Assembly: GCA_900539345.1 (NCBI GenBank)
Contig: UQBS01000001.1
Coordinates: forward strand, 6,938 to 70,937
Reading direction: 5' to 3'
Source: an uncultured Coriobacteriaceae bacterium
GTDB taxonomy: Bacteria; Actinomycetota; Coriobacteriia; Coriobacteriales; UMGS124
DNA length: 64,000 nt
In this document: piece by piece, positions 50,367 through 60,327 of the stretch
How the letters are laid out: every line of letters starts with the position of its first letter
Position numbering within the stretch: the stretch's first letter is position 1
Made by a program: the position numbers and the translations under genes
Notes under the pieces: generated by a model
The model's input: only the letters and a program-made list of their open reading frames with translations
Databases searched by the model: none
Told to the model about the DNA's origin: nothing

Positions 50367-52829
50367 TTGAACGTTTTCGACCGCTATGCGCCTTTCGTCC
50401 AGGATTTCATTTACTCGCACGGCTGGGAGTCGCTGCGCGGCATCCAGGTGGCCGCCGGCGACGCCATCTTCAACACCGACGACAACGTGCTCCTGGCGGC
50501 GTCCACGGCTTCGGGCAAAACTGAGGCGGCGTTCTTTCCGATTCTCACGCTCTTTGACGAGAATCCGCCGGCATCGGTGGGCGCCATCTACGTGGGCCCG
50601 CTCAAGGCGCTCATCAACGACCAGTTCTACCGCCTGAACGACCTGTGCGCTGAGGCGGGCATCCCCGTGTGGCACTGGCACGGCGACGTGAGCGCCTCTC
50701 ACAAGGCGCGCATGCTCAAGAACCCCTCGGGCATCCTGCAGATTACTCCCGAGTCGCTTGAAGCGCTGCTCATGCACAAGCATTCGGCTGTGGCCAGGCT
50801 TTTCAGCGACCTGCGCTTTGTGGTGATCGACGAGGTGCATTCGCTTCTGCGTGGCGATCGCGGAGGGCAGACGCTTTGCTGCATCGAGCGCCTCTCGCGC
50901 ATGGCGGGCGTCAACCCCCGCCGCATTGGTCTATCGGCCACCATCGGCGACCCCGAGCTCACGGGCGAGATCCTCTCGCGCGGCACGGGTCGGGGCTGCG
51001 TCATCCCACAGGTCAAGGAGCAGGGCCGTACCTGGCGTCTCTCCATGGAGCATTTCTTCGTGAGCGGCCCCCAGGCGGTGCAGCGTGGACCTCATCCCCG
51101 CACGCAGATAAGCGAGCCTGCCGGAGCCGCAGGACCCGCGCTTGAGCCCGCCAGCGACGTGGCGCCCGAGCACGCCGACCCCGGTATCGCCTACATCTTC
51201 GAGCACACCAAAGATGCCAAGTGCCTGGTCTTTGTCAACTCGCGCGAAGAGGCTGAGGCTGTCACCACGAGTCTGCGCCAGTATTGCGAGGCCACCGGCC
51301 AGCCCGACCGCTTCCTCATCCACCATGGCAACCTTTCCTCGTCGCTGCGCGAGAGCGCCGAGGACGCCATGCGCGACGACGACCGCGTGTTCACGACCGT
51401 GACAACCGCCACCCTCGAACTCGGCATCGACATCGGCAGGCTTGAGCGGGCCTTCCAGATAGACGCGCCGTTCACGGTGAGCAGCTTTCTGCAGCGCATG
51501 GGTCGCACCGGCAGGCGCGAGCGGCCTTGCGAGATGTGGTTCGTCATGCGCGAGGAGGAGCCCGAGGCGCGCGCCCTCATGCCCGAGTGCATTCCCTGGA
51601 AGCTTGTGCAAGGCATCGCCCTTGTGCAGGTGTACCTGGAGGAACGTTGGGTCGAGCCGCCGCGCACGGGCCGGATGCCCTTCAGCCTGCTCTATCACCA
51701 GACCATGGCGACGCTTGCCTCGTGCGGCGAGATGAGCGCCGCCCAGCTGGCCAATCAGGTGCTCAATCTGTCGTGCTTCGACAATATCTCGCCCGACGAC
51801 TATCGGGTGCTCCTGCGTCACCTTGTGGACATCGACCACATCGAGCGCGCCGATGAGGGTGGTCTCATCGTGGGTCTCGCTGGCGAGCGCGTCACGAGTT
51901 CCTACAAGTTCTATGCGACGTTCCAGGACAACGAGGAGTACGCCTGCCGCAGCGAGTCTATGGAGCTCGGCACGATTGTGCAGCCGCCGCCACCGGGCGA
52001 GAAGATTGCCATCGCTGGCCATGTGTGGATTGTCGAGGAGGTTGACCACAAGCGCCATGTGGTGTACTGCACGCAGGTGAAAGGCAAGGTGCCGGCCTAC
52101 TTTGGCGAGGTCGCCGGCGACATCCACACCCACGTGCTCGAACGCATGCAGCGCGTGCTGGCGGAGGACACGCAATACATGTACCTCATGGGCAACGCCC
52201 AGGCTCGCTTGGAGGAGGCGCGCCATGTCGCACGCGCCTCGGGGCTTGTTGCGGGGCCGACCCCTCCGGCGGGGGCTTTGCCTGCGGGAGCGGCGCGTCT
52301 GCCTCGCCAGGCAGCCCAGGGTGCCGTGTGGGGGGAGGACCCGGCTGACTGGCAGGATGCGGGTGCCGCTGGCCCTGGGGGCGTGCGTGGCAACGAGGCG
52401 CTCATGCGCTCCTCGGACGCAGGCGAGTTTCCCTATGCCGCCGCAGCCTCTTTGGCCGAGGGTGACTGGCTTATCAACCTGGGCGGCGACACCTGGGCGC
52501 TTTTCCCCTGGCTGGGCACGTATGCGTTCCTGACGCTCGAGCGTCTCATCAAGATCAAGTGTGCGCCCCGCCTGGGCATCAAGGGCATCGACTCGGCGCG
52601 GCCCTACTACATCCAGTTCCGCATGGCAGCCGAGCGAGACGACTTCCTGCAAGTAGTGCAGCAAGAGGCGCTCGCCCTTACCGACCCCATGGAGCTCGTG
52701 TATCCCGAGGAAGTGCCCATCTTCGACAAGTACGACGAGTTCGTTCCCGAAAGCCTCGTGCGCAAGGGTTTCGCCCACGGCGTGCTCGACATCGAAACCA
52801 TGCGCGCCCGCGTCCTTTCCTGGCAATGA
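50367..52829 (+). CDS. sngC: Lhr-like DEAD/DEAH-box helicase (Shango SngC-like)
   Basis: ASTASGKTEAAF, VVIDEVHSL, SATIG, TATLELGIDIG and QRMGRTGRR motifs. TTG start 9 nt after the sngB stop. Confidence 0.8.
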   Translation: MNVFDRYAPFVQDFIYSHGWESLRGIQVAAGDAIFNTDDNVLLAASTASGKTEAAFFPILTLFDENPPASVGAIYVGPLKALINDQFYRLNDLCAEAGIPVWHWHGDVSASHKARMLKNPSGILQITPESLEALLMHKHSAVARLFSDLRFVVIDEVHSLLRGDRGGQTLCCIERLSRMAGVNPRRIGLSATIGDPELTGEILSRGTGRGCVIPQVKEQGRTWRLSMEHFFVSGPQAVQRGPHPRTQISEPAGAAGPALEPASDVAPEHADPGIAYIFEHTKDAKCLVFVNSREEAEAVTTSLRQYCEATGQPDRFLIHHGNLSSSLRESAEDAMRDDDRVFTTVTTATLELGIDIGRLERAFQIDAPFTVSSFLQRMGRTGRRERPCEMWFVMREEEPEARALMPECIPWKLVQGIALVQVYLEERWVEPPRTGRMPFSLLYHQTMATLASCGEMSAAQLANQVLNLSCFDNISPDDYRVLLRHLVDIDHIERADEGGLIVGLAGERVTSSYKFYATFQDNEEYACRSESMELGTIVQPPPPGEKIAIAGHVWIVEEVDHKRHVVYCTQVKGKVPAYFGEVAGDIHTHVLERMQRVLAEDTQYMYLMGNAQARLEEARHVARASGLVAGPTPPAGALPAGAARLPRQAAQGAVWGEDPADWQDAGAAGPGGVRGNEALMRSSDAGEFPYAAAASLAEGDWLINLGGDTWALFPWLGTYAFLTLERLIKIKCAPRLGIKGIDSARPYYIQFRMAAERDDFLQVVQQEALALTDPMELVYPEEVPIFDKYDEFVPESLVRKGFAHGVLDIETMRARVLSWQ

Positions 52830-53167
52830 CACAAGGGGAGGGGCGTGCTGTGTCATTTTGCGCGCCGTGGGAGCGGCCGCTCTCGGACGCAAGGGGACGA
52901 GGGCGCTGCGTTATGGCATGCTCGACGTTGATGCCGCTTGAACTTGCGTTCTCGGTTGGCAATGACGAAAAGGAATGGCGAAAAGAGGCCGGTGCAATCC
53001 GTCGTTTCGGGTTAGTTCTGCCTGGTCACACCCCATGGCGCACGTGCCGCCGCTTGTTGGCACCCAATGGCACGCCGGGCCACTTCGTTGCAAATGCAAC
53101 AGTCCTGGTGAGCAAAGGGGCTATACTGGACTGCATCCGTGTGCTTTGCTAAGGAGAGGATGTTTGC

Positions 53168-54157
53168 ATGAAGAAGGAAACGCTCGTTGCCATTGTCGAG
53201 GCTCTCAAGGAGGGCAAGACGCCGGTTTTCCCTGCGGAGGACTTCCCCTGCTTCGAGCCGGAGGCCCTCGCGGGCAAGGAGAACGTGACGCCCGTCGTGC
53301 TCGACGCCCTCGTCAACGGCATCACTATGGCCGACGTGCCCGTTTTCGAGCGTGCCATCGCTGCCATGGACGCTGGCGAGCTTGCCTGGATCGGCTTCAA
53401 GCTCGTGTTCGACCCCCAGGCCGCTCAGTCCAATGTGGACAACGAAGTCACCAAGAAGTACGGCGAGCAGGGTTCTGCCGACGGTGAGCCGCTCGTTTTC
53501 TTCTGCAGCGATGCCAAGGAGGTCGTGGCCAGCCGCGAGTACTCGCCGCGCGACCTCTTCCAGATGAAGGACATCACGCGTGGCCCGGGCATGCACAACG
53601 ACCAGTTCGCCGGCCTCACCTGGATGAGCGCCCCGCTTTTCGACAAGGTCCACGTGTGGCTGCTCGGTGCTTCCGACGCTGCTGCCGAGACGGCCGCCCT
53701 CGCCGAGCACGTGGGCTTCCGCGTGACGGTCGTGGACTACGATCCCGCCTACATCAGCGAGGAGCGCTTCCCCACTTCTGAGCGCATCCTGCTGCCTGGC
53801 CCCGGTTTTGTCGGCATCGACGACATCGAGTGCGCTCCTGAGGACTACGTGTGCGTCCTTACCCGTGGCCACATGTTCGACCCGCAGGGCTGCGTGTGGG
53901 GCACGCGCCAGCACGCGCACTACGTGGGCATGATGGGCTGCAAGGGCAAGAACGACACCGTGCACAACCTCGTGCTGGCCCAGGGCGCAACCGAGCTCGA
54001 CTGGCAGCGCGTCAAGCGCCCCATCGGCCTCAAGTTTGGCGCCAAGACCCCCGCAGAGCTCGCCATCGCCATCGTCGCCGAGCTCGTGGACGTGCGTTAC
54101 CAGCAGCGTTACTCCGCCGAGGCTCGCGCCAAGCACGAGGCCAGCCTGGGCAGGTAG
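53168..54157 (+). CDS. XdhC/CoxI-family protein (Rossmann-like XdhC_C domain)
   Basis: VWLLGASDAAAETAALAEHVGFRVTVVD...VCVLTRGHMFD...PIGLKFGAKTPAELAIAIVAEL. Confidence 0.7.
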   Translation: MKKETLVAIVEALKEGKTPVFPAEDFPCFEPEALAGKENVTPVVLDALVNGITMADVPVFERAIAAMDAGELAWIGFKLVFDPQAAQSNVDNEVTKKYGEQGSADGEPLVFFCSDAKEVVASREYSPRDLFQMKDITRGPGMHNDQFAGLTWMSAPLFDKVHVWLLGASDAAAETAALAEHVGFRVTVVDYDPAYISEERFPTSERILLPGPGFVGIDDIECAPEDYVCVLTRGHMFDPQGCVWGTRQHAHYVGMMGCKGKNDTVHNLVLAQGATELDWQRVKRPIGLKFGAKTPAELAIAIVAELVDVRYQQRYSAEARAKHEASLGR

Positions 54158-54193
54158 GGCTCGCCCGAGACGCCTTGCGCAACTCCCGCTATG

Positions 54194-54233
54194 AAAAATC
54201 CCCCAGCCCACACCATGTGGACTGGGGGATTTT
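54194..54233. terminator. bidirectional terminator between convergent genes
   Basis: AAAAATCCCCCAG ... CTGGGGGATTTT, a 12-bp stem with flanking A and T runs. Confidence 0.75.
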
Positions 54234-54275
54234 CGTAAGCGAGCAATCGCGGCGTTGCTGCGCCTTGTCGTGCTC

Positions 54276-55310
54276 CTACACCAGCGGGTGGTGGCAGGCG
54301 CACATGTGCGGCCCCTCGGGGGTCTGCGCCAGGCAACGCAGCTCGGGGCTCTCGGTGCGGCACAGCTCGTCGGCGTAGGGGCACCTCGGGTGGAAGCGGC
54401 AACCGCTCGGCAGGTTGATGGGGGAGGGAAGCTCGCCCAGAACCGCCGCTTTCTTGTCGTCCACCTTGTTCTCCTCCATGGAGGGCGCGGCGGCAAGAAG
54501 CACCTTGGTGTAGGGGTGCGCCGGCGCGGTGTACAGCGTGTCGGTGGGGGCAGTCTCCACCATGGCGCCCAGGTACATCACGGCTACGCGGTCGGAGATG
54601 TAGCGCACCACGCGCAGGTCGTGGCTGATGAACAGGATCGACAGGCCAAGCTTCTCCTGGAGGTCGCAAAGCAGGTTGATAATCTGCGCCTGGATGGAGA
54701 CGTCGAGTGCCGAAACCGGCTCGTCGGCGATGATGAGCTTGGGCTGCACGGCCAGGGCGCGGGCGATGCCGATGCGCTGACGCTGGCCGCCCGAGAAGGC
54801 GCTCGGCAGGCGGTCGGCCTGGTCCTCGCTGAGGCCCACGAGCTCAAGCAGCTCGATGATGCGTGCGTCGACCTCGGCTTTGGTGCACATGTTGTGGTGC
54901 AGCAGCTCCTCGCGCAGCACCTGGCGCACGGTCATGCGGGGGTTGAGCGAAGAGTAGGGATCCTGGAAGATCATCTGGATGTCTTTGCAGCTGTTGCGCA
55001 GCTCATGCTTGGAAAGCTGAGAGAAGTCAACGCCCGCAAAGACGACCTTGCCGCCCGTGGGGTTGTACAGGTTGATGACCGTGCGGGCAAGCGTGGACTT
55101 GCCGCAGCCGGACTCGCCCACCAGGCCGAGCGTCTCGCCTGCGTTGAGGGAGAACGACACGTGATCCACGGCGGTGAGGTGCTTGCGCTCCTTGCGCATG
55201 ACGGCGTCAAGCACGCCGTACTTGAGGGGGAAGCTCTTGCACAGGTCGGTCACCTCAAGCAGGGGCTCGCCCTGCGCGGCAGCCTTGGGAGCCTTCGTCT
55301 CTTCGGCCAT
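54276..55310 (-). CDS. peptide ABC transporter ATP-binding protein (OppF/DppF-type)
   Basis: GESGCGKST Walker A, FSGGQRQR signature, C-terminal oligopeptide-type extension with CRFHPRCP. Confidence 0.9.
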   Translation of the reverse strand: MAEETKAPKAAAQGEPLLEVTDLCKSFPLKYGVLDAVMRKERKHLTAVDHVSFSLNAGETLGLVGESGCGKSTLARTVINLYNPTGGKVVFAGVDFSQLSKHELRNSCKDIQMIFQDPYSSLNPRMTVRQVLREELLHHNMCTKAEVDARIIELLELVGLSEDQADRLPSAFSGGQRQRIGIARALAVQPKLIIADEPVSALDVSIQAQIINLLCDLQEKLGLSILFISHDLRVVRYISDRVAVMYLGAMVETAPTDTLYTAPAHPYTKVLLAAAPSMEENKVDDKKAAVLGELPSPINLPSGCRFHPRCPYADELCRTESPELRCLAQTPEGPHMCACHHPLV

Positions 55311-56419
55311 TATGCAACGCCTCCCTTCTTCTTGGGCGTGATGTCGGGCGTAAGGGCATCGGCCGCATCCTTGTCGGCGTTGACGCCCTGCTCAGAGCCG
55401 GATGCAATGAGCTCTTCAGCGAAGTCGCGGTCCTGGTCGGTCACGCGGGTGCGGTCGTAGGGGTCGGCGTGGTGGCAACGCACGCGGTGGCCACCCACAA
55501 GCGTCTGCATGTTGGGGGCCTTGGTGCGGCACATCTCGTCGGCAAAGGGGCAGCGGGGCGCAAAAGCGCAGCCCACAATCTCGTGAGCCAGGTTCGGCGG
55601 CGCACCGTGGATGGGCTCCAGACGGGCGCGCGTGTCGTTCTCAGCAGGCAGCGAGTTGATGAGGCCCACGGTGTAGGGGTGCTTGGGGTGGTGCAGCAGG
55701 TTGCGCGTGTCGGCGATCTCGACGATGCGGCCGGCGTACATGACGCCCACGTGGTGGCACATCTCGTTCACGACGCCCAGGTCGTGCGTCACGAGCAGGA
55801 TGGACATGCCGAGCTTCTCGCGCAGGTCGTTGAGCAGGCAGATGATCTGGTCCTGGATGGTGACGTCGAGGGCGGTGGTGGGCTCGTCGGCAAGCAGCAG
55901 ACGAGGCTGGCTTGCCAGGGCGATGGCGATCATCACGCGCTGACGCATACCGCCCGACATCTCATGGACGTAGTTGCCCATGCGGTTGGCCGGCTCGGGG
56001 ATGCCCACGAGGCGCAGCAGCTCGATAGCGCGCTCCTCCATCTCCTTCTTGCTCAGACCCTCGCGCTTGAGGGACTCGAAGAATTGCTTGCGCACGGTGG
56101 TGACCGGGTTGAGCGAGGTCATCGGGTCCTGGAAGATCATGCCGATCTCTTTGCCGCGCAGGCCTCGAATCTCGCGGTCGTTCATCGTCGTGAGCTCCTG
56201 GCCCTTGTAGCGCACGGAGCCGCCCACGATCTTGCCCACCTCGGGCAGCAGGCGCACGAGCGAACGGGCGGTGGTGGACTTACCGCAGCCCGATTCGCCT
56301 ACCAGGCCGAACGTCTCGCCCTCGGCGATGGAGAACGTGACCTTCTCCACGGCGCGCACCGTGGAGCTCTTGGTTATGTAGTGCATTGAGAGGTCGTCGA
56401 CCTCGAGGATGTTTGCCAT
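55310..56419 (-). CDS. peptide ABC transporter ATP-binding protein (OppD/DppD-type)
   Basis: [17 protein letters not shown] and CAFAPRCPF motifs. Confidence 0.9.
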   Translation of the reverse strand: MANILEVDDLSMHYITKSSTVRAVEKVTFSIAEGETFGLVGESGCGKSTTARSLVRLLPEVGKIVGGSVRYKGQELTTMNDREIRGLRGKEIGMIFQDPMTSLNPVTTVRKQFFESLKREGLSKKEMEERAIELLRLVGIPEPANRMGNYVHEMSGGMRQRVMIAIALASQPRLLLADEPTTALDVTIQDQIICLLNDLREKLGMSILLVTHDLGVVNEMCHHVGVMYAGRIVEIADTRNLLHHPKHPYTVGLINSLPAENDTRARLEPIHGAPPNLAHEIVGCAFAPRCPFADEMCRTKAPNMQTLVGGHRVRCHHADPYDRTRVTDQDRDFAEELIASGSEQGVNADKDAADALTPDITPKKKGGVA

Positions 56420-56434
56420 GTCTCAGGCCCCCTT

Positions 56435-57310
56435 CTAGTCCTTGGTCCTGAGCAGGTCGTTGAGGCCGTCGCCAAAGAGCGAGAAGCCGAGACCAACGAT
56501 TGCCATGACGATGCCGGGCATGGAGGAAATCCACCAATAGCCGCCGAGCAGGTAGCTCTTGCCACTGGAGATGATGGAGCCCCACTCAAGGGTGGCGGCG
56601 TCCACGCCCAGGCCCAGGAAGCTCATGGAGGCGGCGGTCATGATGCACATGACGATGTCGGAGGCCGCGTACACCACGGAGCTGGAGATGACGTTGGGCA
56701 GGATGTGGCGGAAGATGATCTTCGCATCGGAGTAGCCCAGGGTCTTGGCGGCCTGCACATACTCGGAGTTCTTGGCGATGAGGACCTCGGAGCGCACGAG
56801 ACGCGTGTAGGGAGGCCAGCTTACGATCCACATGGCGATGAGCAGGTTCATGACGCCGTTGCCCAGGATGGCCACGATGGCGATGGCGAGGACCATGAAC
56901 GGGAACGCCACGAAAATGTCGAGGATGCGCATGATGATGGTGTCGAGCTTGCCGCCGTAGTAGCCGCAGATGAGACCCAGAAGGGTGCCCACCACGAAGG
57001 GCAGGGCCACCGAACCCAGGCCGATGAGCAGGTCGAGGCGCGTGGCGGCGATGACCATGGTGTAGATGTCGCGGCCGTAGTTGTCGGTGCCGAACCAGTG
57101 CTCGGCGCTGGGCGCTTGGAGCATGGCGGTGAAGTCCATGAGGTCGGTGACGGGCTTGGCGGCATCAGGGGCGAAGAGCGTGGGGAAGGCCGCCACGACA
57201 AATGCCAGCGCCACGATCACGGCGCCGATGACAAGGCTGGGGCTGCGGCGCCAAATCGGGATCTTCTTGACCTTGGTGCGCTTGGGAGCGAGTGCTGCAG
57301 TGTCTGCCAT
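56435..57310 (-). CDS. peptide ABC transporter permease (OppC/DppC-type)
   Basis: Multi-TM BPD-transport family pattern. Position in the operon. Confidence 0.85.
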   Translation of the reverse strand: MADTAALAPKRTKVKKIPIWRRSPSLVIGAVIVALAFVVAAFPTLFAPDAAKPVTDLMDFTAMLQAPSAEHWFGTDNYGRDIYTMVIAATRLDLLIGLGSVALPFVVGTLLGLICGYYGGKLDTIIMRILDIFVAFPFMVLAIAIVAILGNGVMNLLIAMWIVSWPPYTRLVRSEVLIAKNSEYVQAAKTLGYSDAKIIFRHILPNVISSSVVYAASDIVMCIMTAASMSFLGLGVDAATLEWGSIISSGKSYLLGGYWWISSMPGIVMAIVGLGFSLFGDGLNDLLRTKD

Positions 57311-58260
57311 TATTTCTCATCTCCCAACTTGATACGGTGGTCGAGCACCGAGTAGAGAATGTCGGTGACGAGGTTCACGACGAGCGTGATGATGACGAAC
57401 ACCATGACGCAAGCCTGGACGGTGGCGTAGTCGCGGCCGGTGACCGACTGCACGAGCAGGGCGCCGATGCCCGGCAGGCCGAAGATGTTCTCGATGATGA
57501 CCGAGCCGGAAAGCATGCCGATGATGCGCATCGACAGCAGCGTGGCCGTGGGGATGAGGGCGTTGCGAAGCACGTAGCCCGTGGAAATCACCCAGCTAGA
57601 GAGGCCCTTGGAGCGGCCGAAGTCCACGTAGTCGGCATTGCGCACATCAACGACGTTGTTGCGCACGTTACGAATGACGACGGCGATGGAGGAGAAGGCC
57701 AGGGTGAAGCCAGGAAGGATGAGCGCCTCGAAATGCTCGGGCCACGTCTTGCCCCAGCCGGAGGTGGGGAAGATTCCCAGGTTCACGCCGAAGACGATGA
57801 GCAGCACCAGGCCTACCCAGAACGAAGGGGCAGCCAGGCCGATGAGGGCAAAGATGCGCGTCAGGATGTCGGGCAGCTTGTCCTTCTTCACGCCGGCCAT
57901 GTAGCCCAGGGGCAGAGCCACGATGACGGTGAAGACCGTGGCGGTGAGGGCCAGGCACAGGGTCACCTGCATGCGCGAGGCGATGAGCTGCGAGACGGGC
58001 ATCTTGTAGATGGTGGACGAGCCCAGGTCGCCTTGCACGAGGTTGCTTACGTACACGGTGAACTGAGTCCACAGCGATGCGTTGAGGCCCATCTGCTCCT
58101 TGAGCGCCTCATACACCTTGGGGTCGATCTTGTCGCCCAGCGTTGCGAGAGCCGCGTCGCCAGGCAGAAGGCGCATAAGCAGGAATATCGCGATGACTGC
58201 AATGATGAGCACGGGGATCATCTGCAACACACGTTTCACGATGTAACGGAATGTTTCCAC
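57310..58260 (-). CDS. peptide ABC transporter permease (OppB/DppB-type)
   Basis: N-terminal FRYIVKRVLQMIPVLII typical of OppB/DppB. Confidence 0.85.
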   Translation of the reverse strand: METFRYIVKRVLQMIPVLIIAVIAIFLLMRLLPGDAALATLGDKIDPKVYEALKEQMGLNASLWTQFTVYVSNLVQGDLGSSTIYKMPVSQLIASRMQVTLCLALTATVFTVIVALPLGYMAGVKKDKLPDILTRIFALIGLAAPSFWVGLVLLIVFGVNLGIFPTSGWGKTWPEHFEALILPGFTLAFSSIAVVIRNVRNNVVDVRNADYVDFGRSKGLSSWVISTGYVLRNALIPTATLLSMRIIGMLSGSVIIENIFGLPGIGALLVQSVTGRDYATVQACVMVFVIITLVVNLVTDILYSVLDHRIKLGDEK

Positions 58261-58470
58261 GCCTTCCCCTCCTTCCTTTCCTCTCCTTGCGTGCGAATAC
58301 AGAACTGTATATGCACACGTCTTCCATACACGAATTGCTAATCATACACGCTTTTTTACTCGTAACTACATCAAATGGGGCCGCGATGGATTTTTCCACC
58401 GCAGCCCCCGGATATTTGCGTTGTTACGCCTTAAGCGCGCGCCCAGTAAAGCTCAACCCTCGCGTGAGGA

Positions 58471-60018
58471 TTAGGCCTCGCGGGCAAGGTCCTCGAGGCG
58501 GTAGTTGCCAAGCGGGGTCTGGACCCAGCCGGTGACGGCCTTGTTCATGGCGTTGCACCAAGGGGTGACCATGAGCGGCACGTAGATGGCCAGCTCGCGC
58601 AGCTTCTGCTGAATCTGAGCGTAGAGGTCCTTGCGCTTCTCCTCGTCGAGCTCGATGAGGGCGTCGGAGTTGAGCTGCTGCATCTCGTCGTCAAACTCCA
58701 TGCCGGAGTAGTAGCCGCAGGTGACGCTGTAGTCGAACACGAACTGCATCATCTCAGCGGGGTCGGTGACGTCGTCGTTCCAGCCGGAGATGATGAAGTC
58801 GTAGTTGGAAAGGTCCTTGCGGGCGGCGGAGTAAGCCGTGGCCTCAATCTGGTTGAGTTTCACGGTGACGCCGATTTGCGCCCACTGCTTCATGAGGATC
58901 ATGCCGATCTGCTGATTGGTCTCGTTGCCCTCGCGCATCAGCAGGGTGAGCTCAAACGGGCCGACGCCGGCCTCCTCAAGCAGGGCCTTTGCCTTCTCGA
59001 TGTCGCCGGAGGGCTGGTCGGAGGCATAGTAGAACTCAGAGGTGGGGTTGATGATGGAGCTGGCGGGCGTGGCGTAGCCGAAGGTGATGGTGTCCACGAA
59101 CTCCTGGGAGTTGGTGGCCAGGTAGAGGGCCTCGCGCACCTTGGGGTCAGCGAGCTTCTCGCTCTTGCTGTTCAGCGACAGCCAGTACACCATGGTGGAG
59201 GGGTCAGCCTCGACGCTGATGTTGGGGTCGCCCTCGAGCTGCATCAGGCCAGAGAAGGACAGGTCGGTAGCGATGTCGATGTCGCCGCCCTGCAGCTGGA
59301 TGATGCGGGCCGCGTCGTCGGAGACAACCTTGAACTCGACGGTCTTGGTGAGGGGCTTGCCCTCAACGCGGTAGTTGGGGTTGGCCTCAAGCGTGAGGTA
59401 CTCGCCCTTCTTCCACTCGGAGACGGCATAGGGGCCGGTGCCGAGGATGCCGTTGTGGTATTCGTCGGCACCGGCCTTCTCGAAGTAGGCCTTGCTCTGA
59501 ACGCCCACGGTGAAGATGCAGAGGTTGGCCAGCGTGGAGGCAGCCTCTTCCTTGGTGTAGACGATGACGGTGGTGTCGTCGGGGCACTCGACGTGGTCGA
59601 GGTTCTCGACGCACATATGCCAGCTGGAGTCCTCAGTCTCGATGGCGCGGGTGAAGGTCCACTCCCAGTCCTCAGCGGTGACGGGGGTGCCGTCGGAGAA
59701 GAGCAGGCCCTCCTGCACGTGGAAGGTGTAGACCTTGCCGTCCTCGGAAATCTCGGGCATGTCGGTGGCCAGGCAGGGCTCGATGGAGGAGCCGTCGTCG
59801 GAGCTCTTCAGCAGGCCGTCGAGGATGAGGTTGAAGATGAAGATGTTCGGGTTGCCGGTGCAGGTCACAGGGTCGAGGTCGTCGGAGTCGACGGCGCGGC
59901 CGATGACGATCTTCTCGACTGGGTCGGCGTTGGCGACGTTGACGCCACCGAAGGCGGCCAGGGTGCCCAGGGCAGCAGAGCTGAGCAGGAAATTGCGGCG
60001 GCTAAGCTGAAGGTCCAT
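58471..60018 (-). CDS. ABC transporter substrate-binding protein, family 5 (peptide/nickel), Tat-type signal
   Basis: Start trimmed to MDLQLSRRNFLLSSAALGTLAAFGG (twin-arginine-like). SBP_bac_5-like body. Confidence 0.85.
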   Translation of the reverse strand: MDLQLSRRNFLLSSAALGTLAAFGGVNVANADPVEKIVIGRAVDSDDLDPVTCTGNPNIFIFNLILDGLLKSSDDGSSIEPCLATDMPEISEDGKVYTFHVQEGLLFSDGTPVTAEDWEWTFTRAIETEDSSWHMCVENLDHVECPDDTTVIVYTKEEAASTLANLCIFTVGVQSKAYFEKAGADEYHNGILGTGPYAVSEWKKGEYLTLEANPNYRVEGKPLTKTVEFKVVSDDAARIIQLQGGDIDIATDLSFSGLMQLEGDPNISVEADPSTMVYWLSLNSKSEKLADPKVREALYLATNSQEFVDTITFGYATPASSIINPTSEFYYASDQPSGDIEKAKALLEEAGVGPFELTLLMREGNETNQQIGMILMKQWAQIGVTVKLNQIEATAYSAARKDLSNYDFIISGWNDDVTDPAEMMQFVFDYSVTCGYYSGMEFDDEMQQLNSDALIELDEEKRKDLYAQIQQKLRELAIYVPLMVTPWCNAMNKAVTGWVQTPLGNYRLEDLAREA

Positions 60019-60327
60019 GTGTGTCTCCCTTTCGTATGCCCGCCCTCGGGCTGAGGCCGGGCTGTACCCTTGTGCTGAAGATGTCAGGCTGTGCCAGACT
60101 GTTCCAACACCGTGCTTTGCATTGTGGCAGCGGAAAATGCGAAGGGGGCCGCAAACGGCGCAGATTTCAACACTTGGTAACAAAAGGCCCTCGGCCAGAT
60201 TAAAAGTGCTGGTCGAGGGCCTATAACTGAAATCTTATGTTAATTTGCGCGCATGAACGGGCGGTTAAATTCTCCACAGGAGCGTGCTGGGCGCCCGCGA
60301 ACGGTGGAATTGCCGCCCTCTGCGGTC

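Noticed and set aside
52830-53167. A riboswitch (for example the Moco type) in the 340-nt leader upstream of the XdhC-family gene.
   Set aside because: Only small generic hairpins (GTTGCA..TGCAAC, a GGCGCACGTGC near-palindrome) are visible, and I cannot match a known riboswitch consensus by eye. An Rfam/Infernal scan is needed before any claim.
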